Source of the DNA: Azolla caroliniana
Lineage: Eukaryota; Plantae; Polypodiophyta
Assembly (NCBI GenBank): GCA_043228905.1
Contig: JBHGNT010000007.1
Location: forward strand, 8,742,001-8,806,000
Length of the DNA stretch: 64,000 nucleotides
Direction: 5' to 3'
The translations under genes and the position numbers were made by a program. The notes under the pieces were generated by a model, which did not search any database, was not told where the DNA came from, and was given only the letters and a program-made list of their open reading frames with translations. Every line of letters starts with the position of its first letter. Position 1 is the stretch's first letter. Below are positions 24,713 to 37,479 of this stretch, in pieces.

Positions 24713-25837
24713 TAGTCTACCATTGAATGGCCCGGGTTTAGACACGTTGTGCATTGCAACGCCTGGGGAAACCTGAGATCCTCCTGATTTGGAAGGGCCG
24801 TCTGCAGGGTTCCCATCGTCATCAGGGAGCTATGTTTATCCATTTCCAGCACCTGATCGATGACTTGATCCATTGTGCTGGTTTGGAAATCTAGTACCCC
24901 GCACATCGTTCGGAGGGGTTCTTGTAGAGCGGCCAGAAACACCTCTTTCGCCTCCTCCTCCAGAGCTACCCTTGTTAACTGGATGTGTAGTGTTTGAAAT
25001 CAGATGATAAATTGGGGCACTGTCTCCTGCTCCTCCTTGTGGGTTGTGTAAAACTGTCTGACTAGTTCGCGTTGTTCCACTTGCCTATGGAATAGTCGGA
25101 GGAATTTTGTTTTCAAGGCCCCAAATGTGGGAAAGCTTCCGGGTGGGTGCTTTGCGTGACAGCGGGCCGCCGGTCCCTCTAATGATATGCCGAATTCGGC
25201 AATCTCTCATTGGTCCGTTGTGTGTGTTCGTGAGTGGCAGATCATACACTACATCCTCATTGTGCACTCTACCATTGAATGGCTCGGGTTTAGACACGTT
25301 GTGCATTGCAACGCTTGGCGAAACCTGAGATCCTCCTGATTTGGAAGGGCCCTTTGCAGGGCTCCCATCGTCATCAGGGAGCTATGTTTATCCATTTCCA
25401 GCACTCGATCGATGACTTGATCCATTGTGCTGGTTTGGAAATGTAGTACCCAACACATCGTTTGGAGGGGTTCCCATAGAGCGGCCAGAAACACCGCTTT
25501 GGCCTCCTCCTCCGAAGGTGCCCTTGTTAACTGGCTGTGTAGTGTTTGAAATAAGATGATAAATTGGTGCACTGTCTCTTGCTCCTCTTGGTGGGTTCTG
25601 TAAAACTGTCCGACTAGTTCGCGCTGTTCCACTTGCCTATGGAAGGCCCCAAATGTGGCAAAGCTTCCGGGTAGGTGCTTTGCGTGCTAGCGGGCCGCCG
25701 GCCCCTCTAATGTCATGCCGAATTCGGCAATTTTTGACCGTTCGGCTTCCAATTTGGTCCGCATTTGCGATACATGATTCGCTTCCCATGTTTGTAGGAA
25801 TGCATAGATGTGCCCCTACGCGTCAGGGTCATCACGG
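24713..25837 (-). pseudogene. gag: Element A gag middle, with ~0.53-kb tandem duplication
   Basis: Two copies of VFLAAL.EPL.TMC...ALQCTTCLNP.H (ORFs 24373-24942 and 25249-25632). Confidence 0.8.
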
Positions 25838-28800
25838 TGTCATGAAGATTCCGGGCCATAGTGAGGAACTGGGGAATATCAGAGGAATCAACAAGGTGCA
25901 CCATGTGCACCCACTCTTGTAAATTTGTATAGGGGAATGGGGGGGGGGCGCCTTTATGACGCTGAGTGGCAATAAAATCGGGACGGACGATCCCATGTAT
26001 CATGAGATTTATCCCACATAGCCACGCGACCCTCACTTTGTTCTATAAAAGGGAGGGCGTGCTTCTTGTACAAGGGGTTCCCACCCGTTGGGTCCAAAAG
26101 AGTTTCGTTCCTCATTGTTCCCCTTTGTGGGTTCCATTTTTGGTGTGAATAAACTTCTGTGTATAACATCTATTTCTGTCTTCTCTTCATCTTGGTGTGT
26201 GTGTTGTCTCTATTTTTCTATTAGGGTTTCGGTGCCATCTGTGTGCGTGCGTAGGTGGTGTGTTTGGTTGTGGCAGGCGGCGTGCGGGCTGTCTGCGCCT
26301 CCCCTGAGCTCCTATTTGTTGGTTCTTAGCACTCCATGGTCCGGTATGTCTGTGTGTGTGTGGGTGTTGGGTTCTGTCCCTTGTTAAGAGCCTGCGCGCT
26401 AGGAAGTTCGTTGGCAGCTTCCCCTCCTTGGCGTGCAAGCCCCAACTCGGTTCAGCGAGCCCGTGCGCTCCCTGAAGGCGGCTTGGCTTAGGAGGCGGTC
26501 GTTCTAGAAGAGGTGTGCCACTCGGTCTCCAACTCCATCCTCCTTTGCCGCCCTTCATGTCGGGTTCACCAAAGATGTTGTGATAATACGCGCTTGCATG
26601 TCGGATCCAGGCGGGACCACCAGGGTCATGGACCACGAAGGGAGGAGTTGCCGGGAACCCAAATCCTCCGGAGCTTGACACGTTGCCGGCCGGTTCGATC
26701 CCGGATACTCTCCGGATGCGACCGGTAACCGCACAGGAAGTGTGAGCACGCCCTTGTCCTTGTCGCCCCTTTCGCCCGTATGTACAAGGGGCCCAAAAGA
26801 GGCTCGGGACACGGCCCGGTTAACTGCGCCCGAGCACACACACACACACACATATACACACCCGGTTATGACCTGCACCTCTGCACCGGCGACTACACAC
26901 ACACCCTCTCTTGTATCCTACGCTAGCCGGAAACAGGCACACACATACACACGCGACGCTCGCTGTGACGCCAGTTCCACACGGAGAGGAAGAGGGAGCC
27001 TGCATCCTAGGGCCAGTCGAGGAGCTCTCAAGCTCGTTCACGTGACGGGACCCTCTCGAGAAGGGGAGTTGAGAAGCGGCGCATCGAGATGGGCGAGGTC
27101 GAAGAAGTCGACCGTTACAATGGGGACGGAGTCCCACGAGTTTCGTTGAAGGTTCGACCGTTACAATGGGGACCGGAGGAGGAGCTCCGAGCAGCTTATA
27201 GAGCGTGGTCAGCCCGAAGCGGAACGAAGGTGGCGTGCGACGACACGACATCACAGCGACAAGGTGGTGTGCGGATGGGATGGATGTGGTCGAGTCGTAG
27301 GCCAAGCGGGGCACGACGGTGCCAGTACGAGAGAGGGTACGAAACAAATCGCCCTCTCTTACATGGGGAGAAAAACTGGCCGGGCAAAGGCCGTAGATCA
27401 GCATGCTGGTGATCGAGAGAACGGAGGAAGACCGACGGTTTCGGACACCGCAGTCCGACACTCCGGACAATGGAGAATCAAGCCCATGCGGGGCTTGATT
27501 GATCACCAAGCAGATGCTTCCCACCGATGGTGCTAGGGAGTCGGTATCCCCGAACAAATTGTCTTCTGGCTGTCTAATAACCGGAAAATCCCACATCTCA
27601 TCCGGCAATCGGTAGCAAGAGCCAGCGTGAAACCTAGAGAGATGGGAGATGGAGGCGCGAATGCAAGGACGAGGAGGACGATGAGTTCAAGAGAAGCACA
27701 TGTGGGTGAGGATAAAGGAAACCGATCCTATGGGTTCCTCACACCGATCCAGAGACTCTGGCAGTTTGGCCAATGTGGCAACGTGAGACCTAGAGAGATG
27801 GATGGTGGTGGGCGGGAAACTGGTACGGTTGATGCAAATAGACCCGGACGATAACCGGGAGGACGTGTTTCCGGATAACCGATCTGGAAAGGGAAATTGG
27901 TCGGTACATTGGTACCACGGGAGAGGGTGTAGAGCAAGCCGCCGTCTCGACATGCGGAAAGGGACAACCCAAGACAGGGTCAAGAATCAAATGAGGAGGC
28001 CAGAGAGGGATCCTCCACACCGGTTCAGGGAGACCTTGGGAGTGCAAGCCGGCGAGGTGACGTAAGACCAAGGAGGAGGATAGTGGCGGCGAGGGGAAGA
28101 AGGCAAGAACAACAAAGAGGTATGAGGCCGGCGAGGTGGCCACAAATTGAAACAGACCTTCCCGCAAGGTCACAACGGCGGTGAAAGACGGTCCTATGGG
28201 GTCCTCACACCGGTTCCGGAGACCTTGGCAGTGCGAGCCGGCGAGGCGACATAAGACCAAGGAGACGGACGGTGGCCGCGGGACACGGGACCCGGCTATG
28301 CGGAAGACACGAGGAGAGTCGGGAGCGATTCAAACAAAAGACAAACCCGGATTACGGTGGCAGAAACGGAGACTTGGTCCTATGGGGTCCCCACATCGGT
28401 TCCGGAGACCTTGGCAGTGCAAGCCGGCGAGGCGACGTAAGACCAAGGAGAAAGATGGTGGCGGTGGGAAACGGAACAACGAAAGCCGGCAAGATGGGGT
28501 AGTTGGGGTGCGAAACCATTACCGGCCGGTTACGGTTTCCAAAGGGCCGGCAAGGTAAGCATGAAGCAGTGTGCCGGGCCGGAAAGGCACATCTAGAGCT
28601 GAAGAAGGATTGTGTAAGTGGCCATCAAGGGCCGAATCAAAGCACAACTAAGGGACGATGTTCGGTGCAGGCGGCACCGAACAAGGAAATGGGAACCGAC
28701 GATGTGGGAAGTGCAGAAGGGAGATCCTACGACGATCCTCACACCAAATCAGAGACACCGGCAATTCAAGCCGACGTGGCAACGTGAGACCGAGTGAGAA

Positions 28801-31086
28801 GGATGGTGGCGGCAGGTGAACAAGACCCGGCAACACGAAAGAGCGGATTGGGAGTCGGTGAGACGGGAGCTGACAAGACTCGAATTAAAGAAGGGCGAAC
28901 CCTTATCAGTCGGTTATGGTTTCGGAAGGAGCCGGTAAGGGCAAGCAAGGAGCGGTGTGCCAAGCCGGAAAGGCACACCCGGGAGCAGATTGAGAGACGT
29001 GCATGTGGCCATTGAGGGCCGGTTTGAAGCACGAGTACGGGACGATGTTCGGCACGGGCGGTGTCGAACAAGGACAACACAAGACGGCACACATTGATGC
29101 CGGGAATGTGGACGAGGGTGCGCTACAAGCTGCACGATTGAAGACAAGAGGCAATATCAAGGTTCGGAGGAGCATCCTCCACACCCGCTTCGGATATCTC
29201 GGTAGCTCGGTCGGAGTGGCAACGACTGGCGTAGCGTGCCAAACCCGAGATAACAAGCTGGTGGGGGCGAGGGGACGACAACAAGTGGAAGGCTCCAAAC
29301 TGGTAGCAGCAATGCAAGACGAAAGTGGCCAAGCGGGCTACTACGGAGTGTTCCTCGGACGTGGAGGACACCGGTACGTAGAGAAGCAGTGATGCATGAT
29401 CTGGCCGGGCGAAGGCCGACGACGCGTGCACGGGGAGTAACTAGAGTTCGGCACGGGCGGTGGTGAGCACGAGAAGGGGGATGCGCGGCACACGGAGGTG
29501 CCAGAGTGGGAATATAGGCGCGGAGAGGGGTTTCCGGGCCAAGTGATCTCGCGTAAAAGGCCGGAGAGGGACCCTCCACACTAGTTCCGAAGACCTTGGT
29601 AGTGCAAGCCGGCGAGGCGACGTAAGACCATGGAGAAGGACTGTGGTGGTGAGGGGACTGTGGTGGTGGAGATCAGCGCGGAACGAGAACCGGAACGATG
29701 CATACGGTCGAAGGAAGGGCCAATGGGAAGCACGCGCTCTACGGGATCGCGGTGAAAGACCTATGGACGAGTCGAACTAGCCTACGGAGAGGCGAAAGAG
29801 GAGAAGGAACCGGAGCCGACGGTTCGGACCGGCGAGGCCAACGGCATCCGGAATGCGGATTATGGAAGACTGGTTCCTCACCGGCCAGAATCTCTCACCC
29901 TTCTCCGAACTTGGCACGTACTAGTGGACGTGCGGGTCAGTGGGGGCAGATGTTGTGAAGATTCCGGGCCATAGTGTGAAATCAGGGAATATCAGAGGAA
30001 TCGGCAATGTGCACCATGTGCACCCACTCTTGTAAACTTGTAGGAATGGGGGGAAGCCTTTATGACGTTGAGTGGCAATAAAGTTGGGACGGACGATCCC
30101 ATGTATCACGGGATTTATCCCACATAGCCACGTGACCCTCACCTTGTTCTATAAAAGGGAGGGCGTGCTACTTGTACAGGGGGTTCCCACCCGTTGGGTC
30201 CCAAAGAGTTTCGTTCCTCATTGTTCCCCTTTGTGGGTTCCATTTTTGGTGTTAATAAACTGCTGTGTATAACGTCTATTTCTGTCTTCTCTTCATCTTG
30301 GTGTGTGTGTTGTCTCTATTTTTCTATTAGGGTTTCGATGTCATTTGTGTGCGTGCGTAGTTGGTGTGTTAGGTTGTGGCAGGCGGCTTGCGGGCTATCT
30401 GCGCCTCCCCTAAGCTCCTGTTTGTTGGTTCTTAGCACTCCACGGTCCGGTATGTGTGTGTGTGTGTGGGTGTTGGGTTTTGTCCCTTGTTAAGAGCCTG
30501 CGCGCTAGGAAGTTCGTTGGCAGCTTCCCCTCCTTGGTGCGCAAGCCCCAACTCAGATCAGCGAGCCCGTGCGCTCCCTGAAGGCGGCTTGGCTTAGGAG
30601 GCGGTCGTTCTAGAAGAGGTGTGCCCTGCATGAGGGTCCCGTCACGCGAACGAGCTTGAGAGCTCCTTCTTCCTCTCCGTGTGGAACTGGCGTCGCAGCG
30701 AGCGTCGCGTGTGTATGTGTGTGTGTGTGTGTTTCCTCCTAGCATAGGATACGAGATAGGGTGCGTGCGTGGTCGCCAGTGCAGAGGTGCTGATTGTAAC
30801 CGGGTGGGTATGGGTGTGTGTGCATGTGCGCAGGCGCGGTTAACCAGGCTATGTCCCGAGCCTCGTTTGGGCCCCTTGTACATATGGGCAAAAGGGGTGG
30901 TAAGGACGAGGGTACACTCTCTCACTTCTTGTGCGATTACCGGTCGCGTTTGGAGAGTATCTGGGATTGAACCGGTGGGCAACGCGGCAAGCTCCGGAGG
31001 ATTCGGGTTCCTGACAACTCCCTTCGTGGTCCATGACCCCGATGGTCCCGCTCGGATTCGACATGAAGGCGTGGATTATCATGACA
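25838..31086 (+). mobile_element. Element E: non-autonomous tRNA-Trp-primed LTR element with no pol, carrying an internal inversion
   Basis: LTRs start at 25838 and 29951; 3' LTR ends CATGACA 31086; TSD ACGG/ATGG; PPT GTGGGGGCAGA; PBS inverted at 26555-26571. Confidence 0.85.
29951..31086 (+). repeat. 3' LTR of E (~1136 bp)
   Basis: Direct match to 25838-26519 and inverted match to 26576-27055. Confidence 0.88.
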
Positions 31087-31664
31087 ATGGTAGTTCGGAT
31101 ACGGGTACGGCATGGTGTAGTATTCGAGAGGTTGTACCAGAGATGTGTGGTTTAGTTCTTGCTTTGCGGGTGGTGTTGATGCGTGGTTTTCCGCTTCCTC
31201 CGCGGTTGGTGTTGGCGCACAGTTTTCCGTTGTCTCCACGAATGGTGTCGGTGCGCGGTTTTCTGCTGTCTCCGCGGTTGGTGTTGGTGCGTGGTTTTCT
31301 ACTTCCTCCGCGGGTGGTGTTGGCGTGCAGTTTTCCAAGTCTCCATTGCCTCCGGCAAGCGTCCGTAGTTGCGCTTCTGCCTCTTGCAGGCTCGTCAGAC
31401 TACTGTTGTTTTTGGAAAATTGTTGTTTTTGGAACCGAAGTGCTTCTTCCGCGACCCTCCGAAACACTATGGGAAAAGACCCATCCTGTCGGATCTCCTC
31501 AGCCGCATGCTAGAAGGCTTCCCGACTTTGCTATCTTTCAGCAAGTCTTCTTCCTCGTTCGGTGACTTGGTCTTTAGTCGATCGAGACATCCATTGCCCG
31601 ATATTCTCTGCTCACTACAGGAATCGTGGTCGCCAAAAACTTTGTTATTCCTTAGGCTGGACAA
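31087..31664 (-). pseudogene. gag: Element A gag N-terminus with a 39-bp tandem repeat (~5 copies)
   Basis: MSSLRNNKVF start; 13-aa repeats of type ENHAPTPTAEEAE at ~31150-31335. Confidence 0.7.
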
Positions 31665-31699
31665 GCACTAACCCAGGGTGTCTCTATGGAACACGTCAA

Positions 31700-32095
31700 C
31701 AAAGGGTGGTACGGGGAGATATGGATAAACCGTTGTAGCACAAGCGTAAGATTAATTATATTAAGCACAGGACGGTAACCAAATAGATCCTAAACACTAC
31801 ATCAAATAGCAGCACATCTGTTAATTATCTGTCCTTGATTACATTCTTGGCAAGTCCTTTTATAGGTCTCCGACTAAGTTACAAACCGATGACAACCGGC
31901 AATTGGCAACGATCCGGCCAGATCCGAATCAGCATACCGATTCTAGGTCTGTCCGTCCGCTACTCAAAAGCATATAATACTCTGCTTCTCAAAATAACCT
32001 TATAAAATCCTTATTAATTTCTACTCCCTATTCCTAATTAAACACCCCTTTCACATTCTAGACTCTAACCAGCCCTTTGTCCTTGACGACCAACA
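31700..32095 (-). repeat. Probable 5' LTR of A (inner boundary uncertain)
   Basis: Starts TGTTGG on minus strand exactly where array sequence begins; CCTATAAAGG TATA ~31857-31867; no partner LTR in window. Confidence 0.55.
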
Positions 32096-32385
32096 TCTAT
32101 AACATAAAGCTTAACATATTAGCCGATTGAACTCAATTTCACTCGTATCAAAAGTACGAGGTATATTGTTTAATTAAAGGAACAACATTTCTTGATTATT
32201 CATTCAAGGGAGTCAAAACACATTTCACTTAAAAGGAAACATACTTGATGCCCTCCTTTAGTAAACGAAGAACCACGAAGGCAACACTACAACATTACTT
32301 GTCATCTTGCGTTTCCGCAATTTATGGTTAATTGAGATTTTATTTTATTTTAGAGAAATATCCTTCAACTTTGTCAAGTCCATAC

Positions 32386-32458
32386 TCCATTGTAGTCTAG
32401 TTGGTTAGGATACTCGGTTTTCACCCGAGCGACCCGAGTTCAAGTCTCGGCAATGGAA
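32386..32458 (+). tRNA. tRNA-Glu(UUC) variant, cloverleaf intact, internal TTTT
   Basis: T-stem CCGAG/CTCGG; C32T. Confidence 0.65.
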
Positions 32459-32921
32459 ACATCAAGTCATGTTGAAAAATCTAAAGTGTCTCATGTGACT
32501 TGCGCATTCAAAATTATGTCTTACCATAAATATATGATTAAATCTTGTTGGTTAGAATTATTCAGTCTATTCCCAATGAGTGAGGAATCTTTTAATTTGA
32601 TAAAAATATCATCTTCTATAGCATAAAGCTTAACATATTAGCCGATTGAACTCAATTTCACTAGTATAAAAAGTACGAGGTATATTGTTTAATTAAAGTA
32701 ACGACATTTCTCGATAATTCCTTCAAGGGGATTATCCATTCAAGGGGATAAAATCACCTTTCACTTAAAAGGAAACATACTTGATGCTATGCTTTAGTAA
32801 ACGAAGAACCACGAAAGCAACACTAGGATATCATGTGTCATCTTGCGTTTCCGCAATTTATTGTTAATAGAGATTTTATTTTATTTTAGAGAAACATCCT
32901 TCAACTTTGTGAACTCTATAC

Positions 32922-32993
32922 TCCATTGTAGTCTAGTTGGTTACGATACTCGACTTTCATCCGAATGATCGGGTTCAAGTCTCTGCAATGGAA
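32922..32993 (+). pseudogene. tRNA-Glu pseudogene
   Basis: Multiple stem mismatches, 1-nt deletion. Confidence 0.8.
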
Positions 32994-33599
32994 ACATCAA
33001 GTCTAGTTCAGGTTGCATCTTATACGAAAAAAGTCTTATAATTGACAAATACATGACATAAAACCTTGTGGTGACATAATCTACATGTAGTGGGTTACAA
33101 TGGTGGCCTCCAATTCCAAATATCCATACGCATCGAATTTAAAAGTATAATACGTGTTGAAAAAGCTAAATCGTATCATGTGACTTGCGCATTTAAAATT
33201 AGGTCTTACCATAAATATCTGATTAAATCTTGTATGTTATAGTGGGTTAGAATTATTTAGTCTATTCCCAATCATTGAGGATTCTTTTAATTTGATAAAA
33301 AATTCGTCTTCTATAACATAAAGCTTAACATATTAGCCGATTGAACTCAATTTCACTCGTATAAAAAGTACGAGGTATATTGTTTAATTAAAGTAACAAC
33401 ATTTCTCGATTATTCAGTCAAGGGGATAAAATCACACTTCACTTAAAAGGAAACATACTTGATGCTTTGCTTTAGTAAACGAAGAACCACGAACGCAACA
33501 CTAGGATATCATGTGTGATCTTGTGTTTCCGCAATTTATGGTTCATTGAAATTTTATTTTATTTTAGAGAAACATCCTTCAACTTTGTTAACTCCATAC

Positions 33600-33672
33600 T
33601 CCATTGTAGTCTAGTTGGTTAGGATACTCGACTTTCACCTGAGCGACTCGGGTTAAAGTTCCGACAATGGAA
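33600..33672 (+). pseudogene. tRNA-Glu pseudogene
   Basis: T-loop TTAAAGT, stem mismatches. Confidence 0.8.
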
Positions 33673-33811
33673 ACATCAAGTCTAGTTCAACTTGCATTTT
33701 ATAAGAAAAAAGTCTCATAATTCAAAAATACAAGACATAAAACCTTGTGGTGACATAAATTACATATAGTGGGTTACAATGGTGGCTACCAATTCTAAAT
33801 ATCTATGCGTA

Positions 33812-33884
33812 TCCATTGTAGTCTAGTTGGTTAGGATACTCGACTTTCACTTGAGCGACCTGGGTTCAAGTTCCGACAATGGAA
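33812..33884 (+). pseudogene. tRNA-Glu degenerate copy from a local 212-bp duplication, lacking the upstream flank
   Basis: 33600-33811 duplicated. Confidence 0.75.
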
Positions 33885-34480
33885 ACATCAAGTCTAGTTC
33901 AACTTGCATCTTATAAGAAAAAAGTCTCATAATTCAAAAATACAAGACATAAAACCTTGTGGTGACATAAATTACATGTAGTGGGTTACAATGGTGGCCG
34001 CCAATTCTAAATATCCATGCGTATCGAATTTGAAAGTATAATACGTGTTGAAAAACCTAAAGCGTATCATGTGACTTGCGCATTCAAAATTAGGTCTTAC
34101 CATAAATATTTGATGAAATATTGTGGGTTAGAATTATTCATTTTATTCCCAATCATTGAGGAATCTTTTAATTTGATAAAAAATTCGTCTTCTATAACAT
34201 AAAGCTTAACATATTAATCGATTGAACTAAACTTCACTCTTATCAAAAGTACAAGGTATATTGTTTGATTAAAGTAAGGACATTTCTTGATTATCCATTC
34301 AAGGGGATAAAATCACATTTCACTTAAAAGGAAACCTACTTGATGCTCTGCTTTAGGAAACGAAGAACCACGAAGGCAAGACTAGGATATCATGTGTCAT
34401 CTTGCGTTTCTGCAATTAATGGTTCATGGAGATTTTATTTTATGTAAGACAAAAATCCTTCGATTTTGTCTCCTCCATAC

Positions 34481-34498
34481 TCCATTGTAGTCTAGTTG
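34481..34498 (+). pseudogene. Truncated tRNA-Glu 5' fragment
   Basis: TCCATTGTAGTCTAGTTG then deletion. Confidence 0.7.
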
Positions 34499-34871
34499 AT
34501 TTGATGAAATATTGTGGGTTAGAATTATTCATTTTATTCCAAATCATTGAGGAATCTTTTAATTTCATAAAAAATTCGTCTTCTATAACATAAAGCTTAA
34601 CATATTAGCCGATTGAACTCAATTTCACTCTTATCAAAAGTACAAGGTATATTGTATAATTAAAGTAACGACATTTCTTGATTATTCAATCAAGGGAATA
34701 AAATCATATTTCACTTAAAAGGAAACCTACTTGATGCTGCACATTAGGAAATGAACAACCACGAAGTCAACACTAGGATATCATGTGTTATCTTGCGTTT
34801 CTGAAATTTATGGTTAATTGAGATTTTATTATATTTTAGAGAAACATCATTCAACATTGTTAACTCCATAC

Positions 34872-34944
34872 TTCATTGTAGTTTAGTTGGTAAGGATACT
34901 CGGCATTCACTAGAGCGACCCGGGTTTAAGTCCCGACAATGGAA
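34872..34944 (+). pseudogene. tRNA-Glu pseudogene
   Basis: U33A, T-loop TTTAAGT. Confidence 0.8.
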
Positions 34945-35638
34945 ACATCAAGTCTAGTTCAACTTGCATCTTCTACAAGACATAATTGAAAAATACAAGA
35001 CATAATGCCTTGTGGTGACGTAATGTACATGTTGTGGGTTACAATGGTGGTCGCCAATTCGAAATATCCATCCATATCGAATTTTAAAGTATAATACGTG
35101 TTGAGAAACTTCAAGCGTATCATGTGACTTGCGCATTCAAAATTAGTTCCTACATCAAGTCTATTTCAAGTTGCATCTTATACGAAAACAATATCATAAT
35201 TGACCAATACAAGACATAAAACTTGTGGTGACATAAATTAGGTCTTACCATAAATATCTGATTAAATCTTATATGTTATAGTGGGTTAGACTTATTCAGT
35301 CTATTTCCAATGAGTGAGGAATCTTTAAATTTAATAAAAAATTCGTCTTCTATAACATAAAGCTTAATATATTAGCCGATTCAACTCAATTTCACTCACA
35401 TCAAAAGGACGAGGTATATTGTTTAATTAATGTAACGACATTTCTGGATTATTCATTGAACGGGATGAAATCACATTTCACTTAAAAGGAAACATATTTC
35501 ATGCTCTCCTTTATTAAATGAAGAACCACGAAGGCAACACTAGGATATCATGTGTCAACTTGCGTTTCCGCAATTTATGGTTAATTGAGATTTTATTTTA
35601 TTTGAGAGAAAAATCTTTGAATTTTGTCTACTCTATAC

Positions 35639-35691
35639 TCCGTTGTAGTCTAGTTGGTTAGGATACTTGGGTTCAAGTCTCACCAATGGAA
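35639..35691 (+). pseudogene. tRNA-Glu pseudogene lacking the anticodon arm
   Basis: 20-nt internal deletion. Confidence 0.8.
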
Positions 35692-36263
35692 ACATCAAGT
35701 CCAGTTCAACTTGCATCTTATACCAAAAAAGTCTCATAATTGACAAATACAAGACATAAAACCTTGTGCTGACATAATCTAAATGTTGAGGGTTACAATG
35801 GTAGCCTGCAATTTCAAATATCCATGCGTATCGAATTCGAAAGTATAATACATGTTAGCGTCTCATGTGACTTGTGCATTCAAAATCATGTCTTACCATA
35901 AATATCTGATTAAATATTGTTGGTTAGAATTATTCACTCTATTATAAATCATTGAGGAATCTTTTAATTTGATAAAAAAATCGTCTTCTTAACATATTAG
36001 CCGATTGAACTCAATTTCACTAGTATCAAAAGTATGAGGTATATTGTTCAATTAAAGTAACAACATTTCTTGATAATTCAATCAAGCGGATAAAATAACC
36101 TTTCTCTTAAAAGAAAACATACTTGATGATCTGCTTTAGTAAACGAAGAACCACAAAGGCAACACTAGGATATGATGTGTCAACTTGCGTTTCCGCAATT
36201 TATGGTTAATTGAGATTTTATTTTATTTGAGAGAAAAATCTTTGAATTTTGTCTACTCTATAC

Positions 36264-36336
36264 TCCGTTGTAGTCTAGTTGGTTAGGATACTCGGCTTTC
36301 ACCCGAGCAACCTGGGTTCAAGTCCTGGTAATGGAA
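36264..36336 (+). tRNA. tRNA-Glu(UUC) variant with G:U substitutions, function uncertain
   Basis: Anticodon arm, A and B boxes retained. Confidence 0.5.
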
Positions 36337-36929
36337 ACATCAAGTCTAGTTCAGGTTGCATTTTATTTGAAAAAGTCTAATAATCGACAAATACATGACA
36401 TAAAACCTTGTGGTGAGATAATCTACATGTAGTGCGTTACAATTGTGGCCTCTAATTCCAATTGAATTTGAAAGTATAATACGTGTTGGAAAACCTAAAG
36501 CGTATCATGTGACTTGTGCATTCAAAATTAGGTGTTACCATAAATATCTGATTAAATCTTGTATGTTATAGTGGGTTAGAATTATTCAGTCTATTCCCAA
36601 TCATTGAGGAATCTTTTAATTTGATAAAAAATTCGTCTTCTATTACATAAAGCTTAACATATTAGCCGATTGAACTCAATTTTACTCGTATCAAAAGAAC
36701 GAGGTATATTGTTTAATTAAAGTAATAAACATTTCTCGATTATTCATTCAAGGGGATAAAATCACATTTCACTTAAAAGGAAACATCCTTGATGCTCTCC
36801 TTTAGTAAACGAGGAACCACGAAGGCAACGCTAGGATATCATGTGTCATCTTGCGTTTCCGCAATTTATGGTTAATTGAGATTTTATTTTGTTTTAGAGA
36901 AACATCCTTTAACTTTATCAAGTCCTTAC

Positions 36930-37002
36930 TCTATTGTAGTCTAGTTGGTAAGGATATTTGGTTTTCACACGAGTGACCGGGATTCAAGGCGAGGCAATGG
37001 AA
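36930..37002 (+). pseudogene. tRNA-Glu pseudogene
   Basis: T-arm disrupted. Confidence 0.8.
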
Positions 37003-37479
37003 ACATCAAGTTTAGTTCAGGTTGCATCTTATACGAAAAAAGTCTCATAATTGACATATACAAGAAATAAAACCTTGTGCTAACATAATCTAAATGTTGT
37101 GGGTTACAATGGTGGCCTCCAATTTCAAATATCCATGCGTATCGAATTTTAAAGTATAAGACGTGTTGCAAAACTTCTTAAATTAGGTGTTACTATAAAT
37201 ATCTGATTTAAACTTTTGGGTTAGAATTATTCACTTTATTCCCAAGCATTGAGGAATCTTTTAATTTGATAAACAATTCGTTTTCTATAACATAAAGCTT
37301 AACATATTGTGAAATGCTTTTAAGAATAGCTCCCATTCCATTATGGTCTAAGTTACATTTTATAGACTACTCTTAGCTTGGAGGGTGTTCTCCCTCTCCA
37401 ATTAGCTCTTCTAATTATGGGGCTTGGTAGGGGCCTAATTTGGGTGTGGTCGATGTGACCGCCACAGTTCCCCCTTCTA

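Larger units (their letters stand above)
1489..32095 (-). mobile_element. Element A: degenerate Ty3/Gypsy host element, split into 1489-5337, 18489-19593, 24713-25837 and 31087-32095 by nested insertions
   Basis: Reading frames rejoin across removed inserts (GWELP|GTIVDGGS protease; PYPNY|RDDPDA gag); order gag-PR-RT-RH-INT; right terminus TGTTGGTC on minus strand at 32095; 3' LTR not in window. Confidence 0.8.
32096..37307 (+). repeat. tRNA-Glu tandem array, diverged proximal block (9 tRNA-derived copies)
   Basis: Repeating unit CTATAACATAAAGCTTAAC...GAAGAACCACGAA...tRNA...GAATCTTTTAAT with many substitutions and deletions. Confidence 0.95.

Noticed and set aside
27600-29650. CRISPR-like or coding interpretation of the E internal repeats
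   Set aside because: Irregular spacing, degenerate copies, no recognisable protein domain
31660-31720. PBS of element A
   Set aside because: No clear TGG-starting tRNA complement found, so the primer and inner LTR boundary are left unassigned
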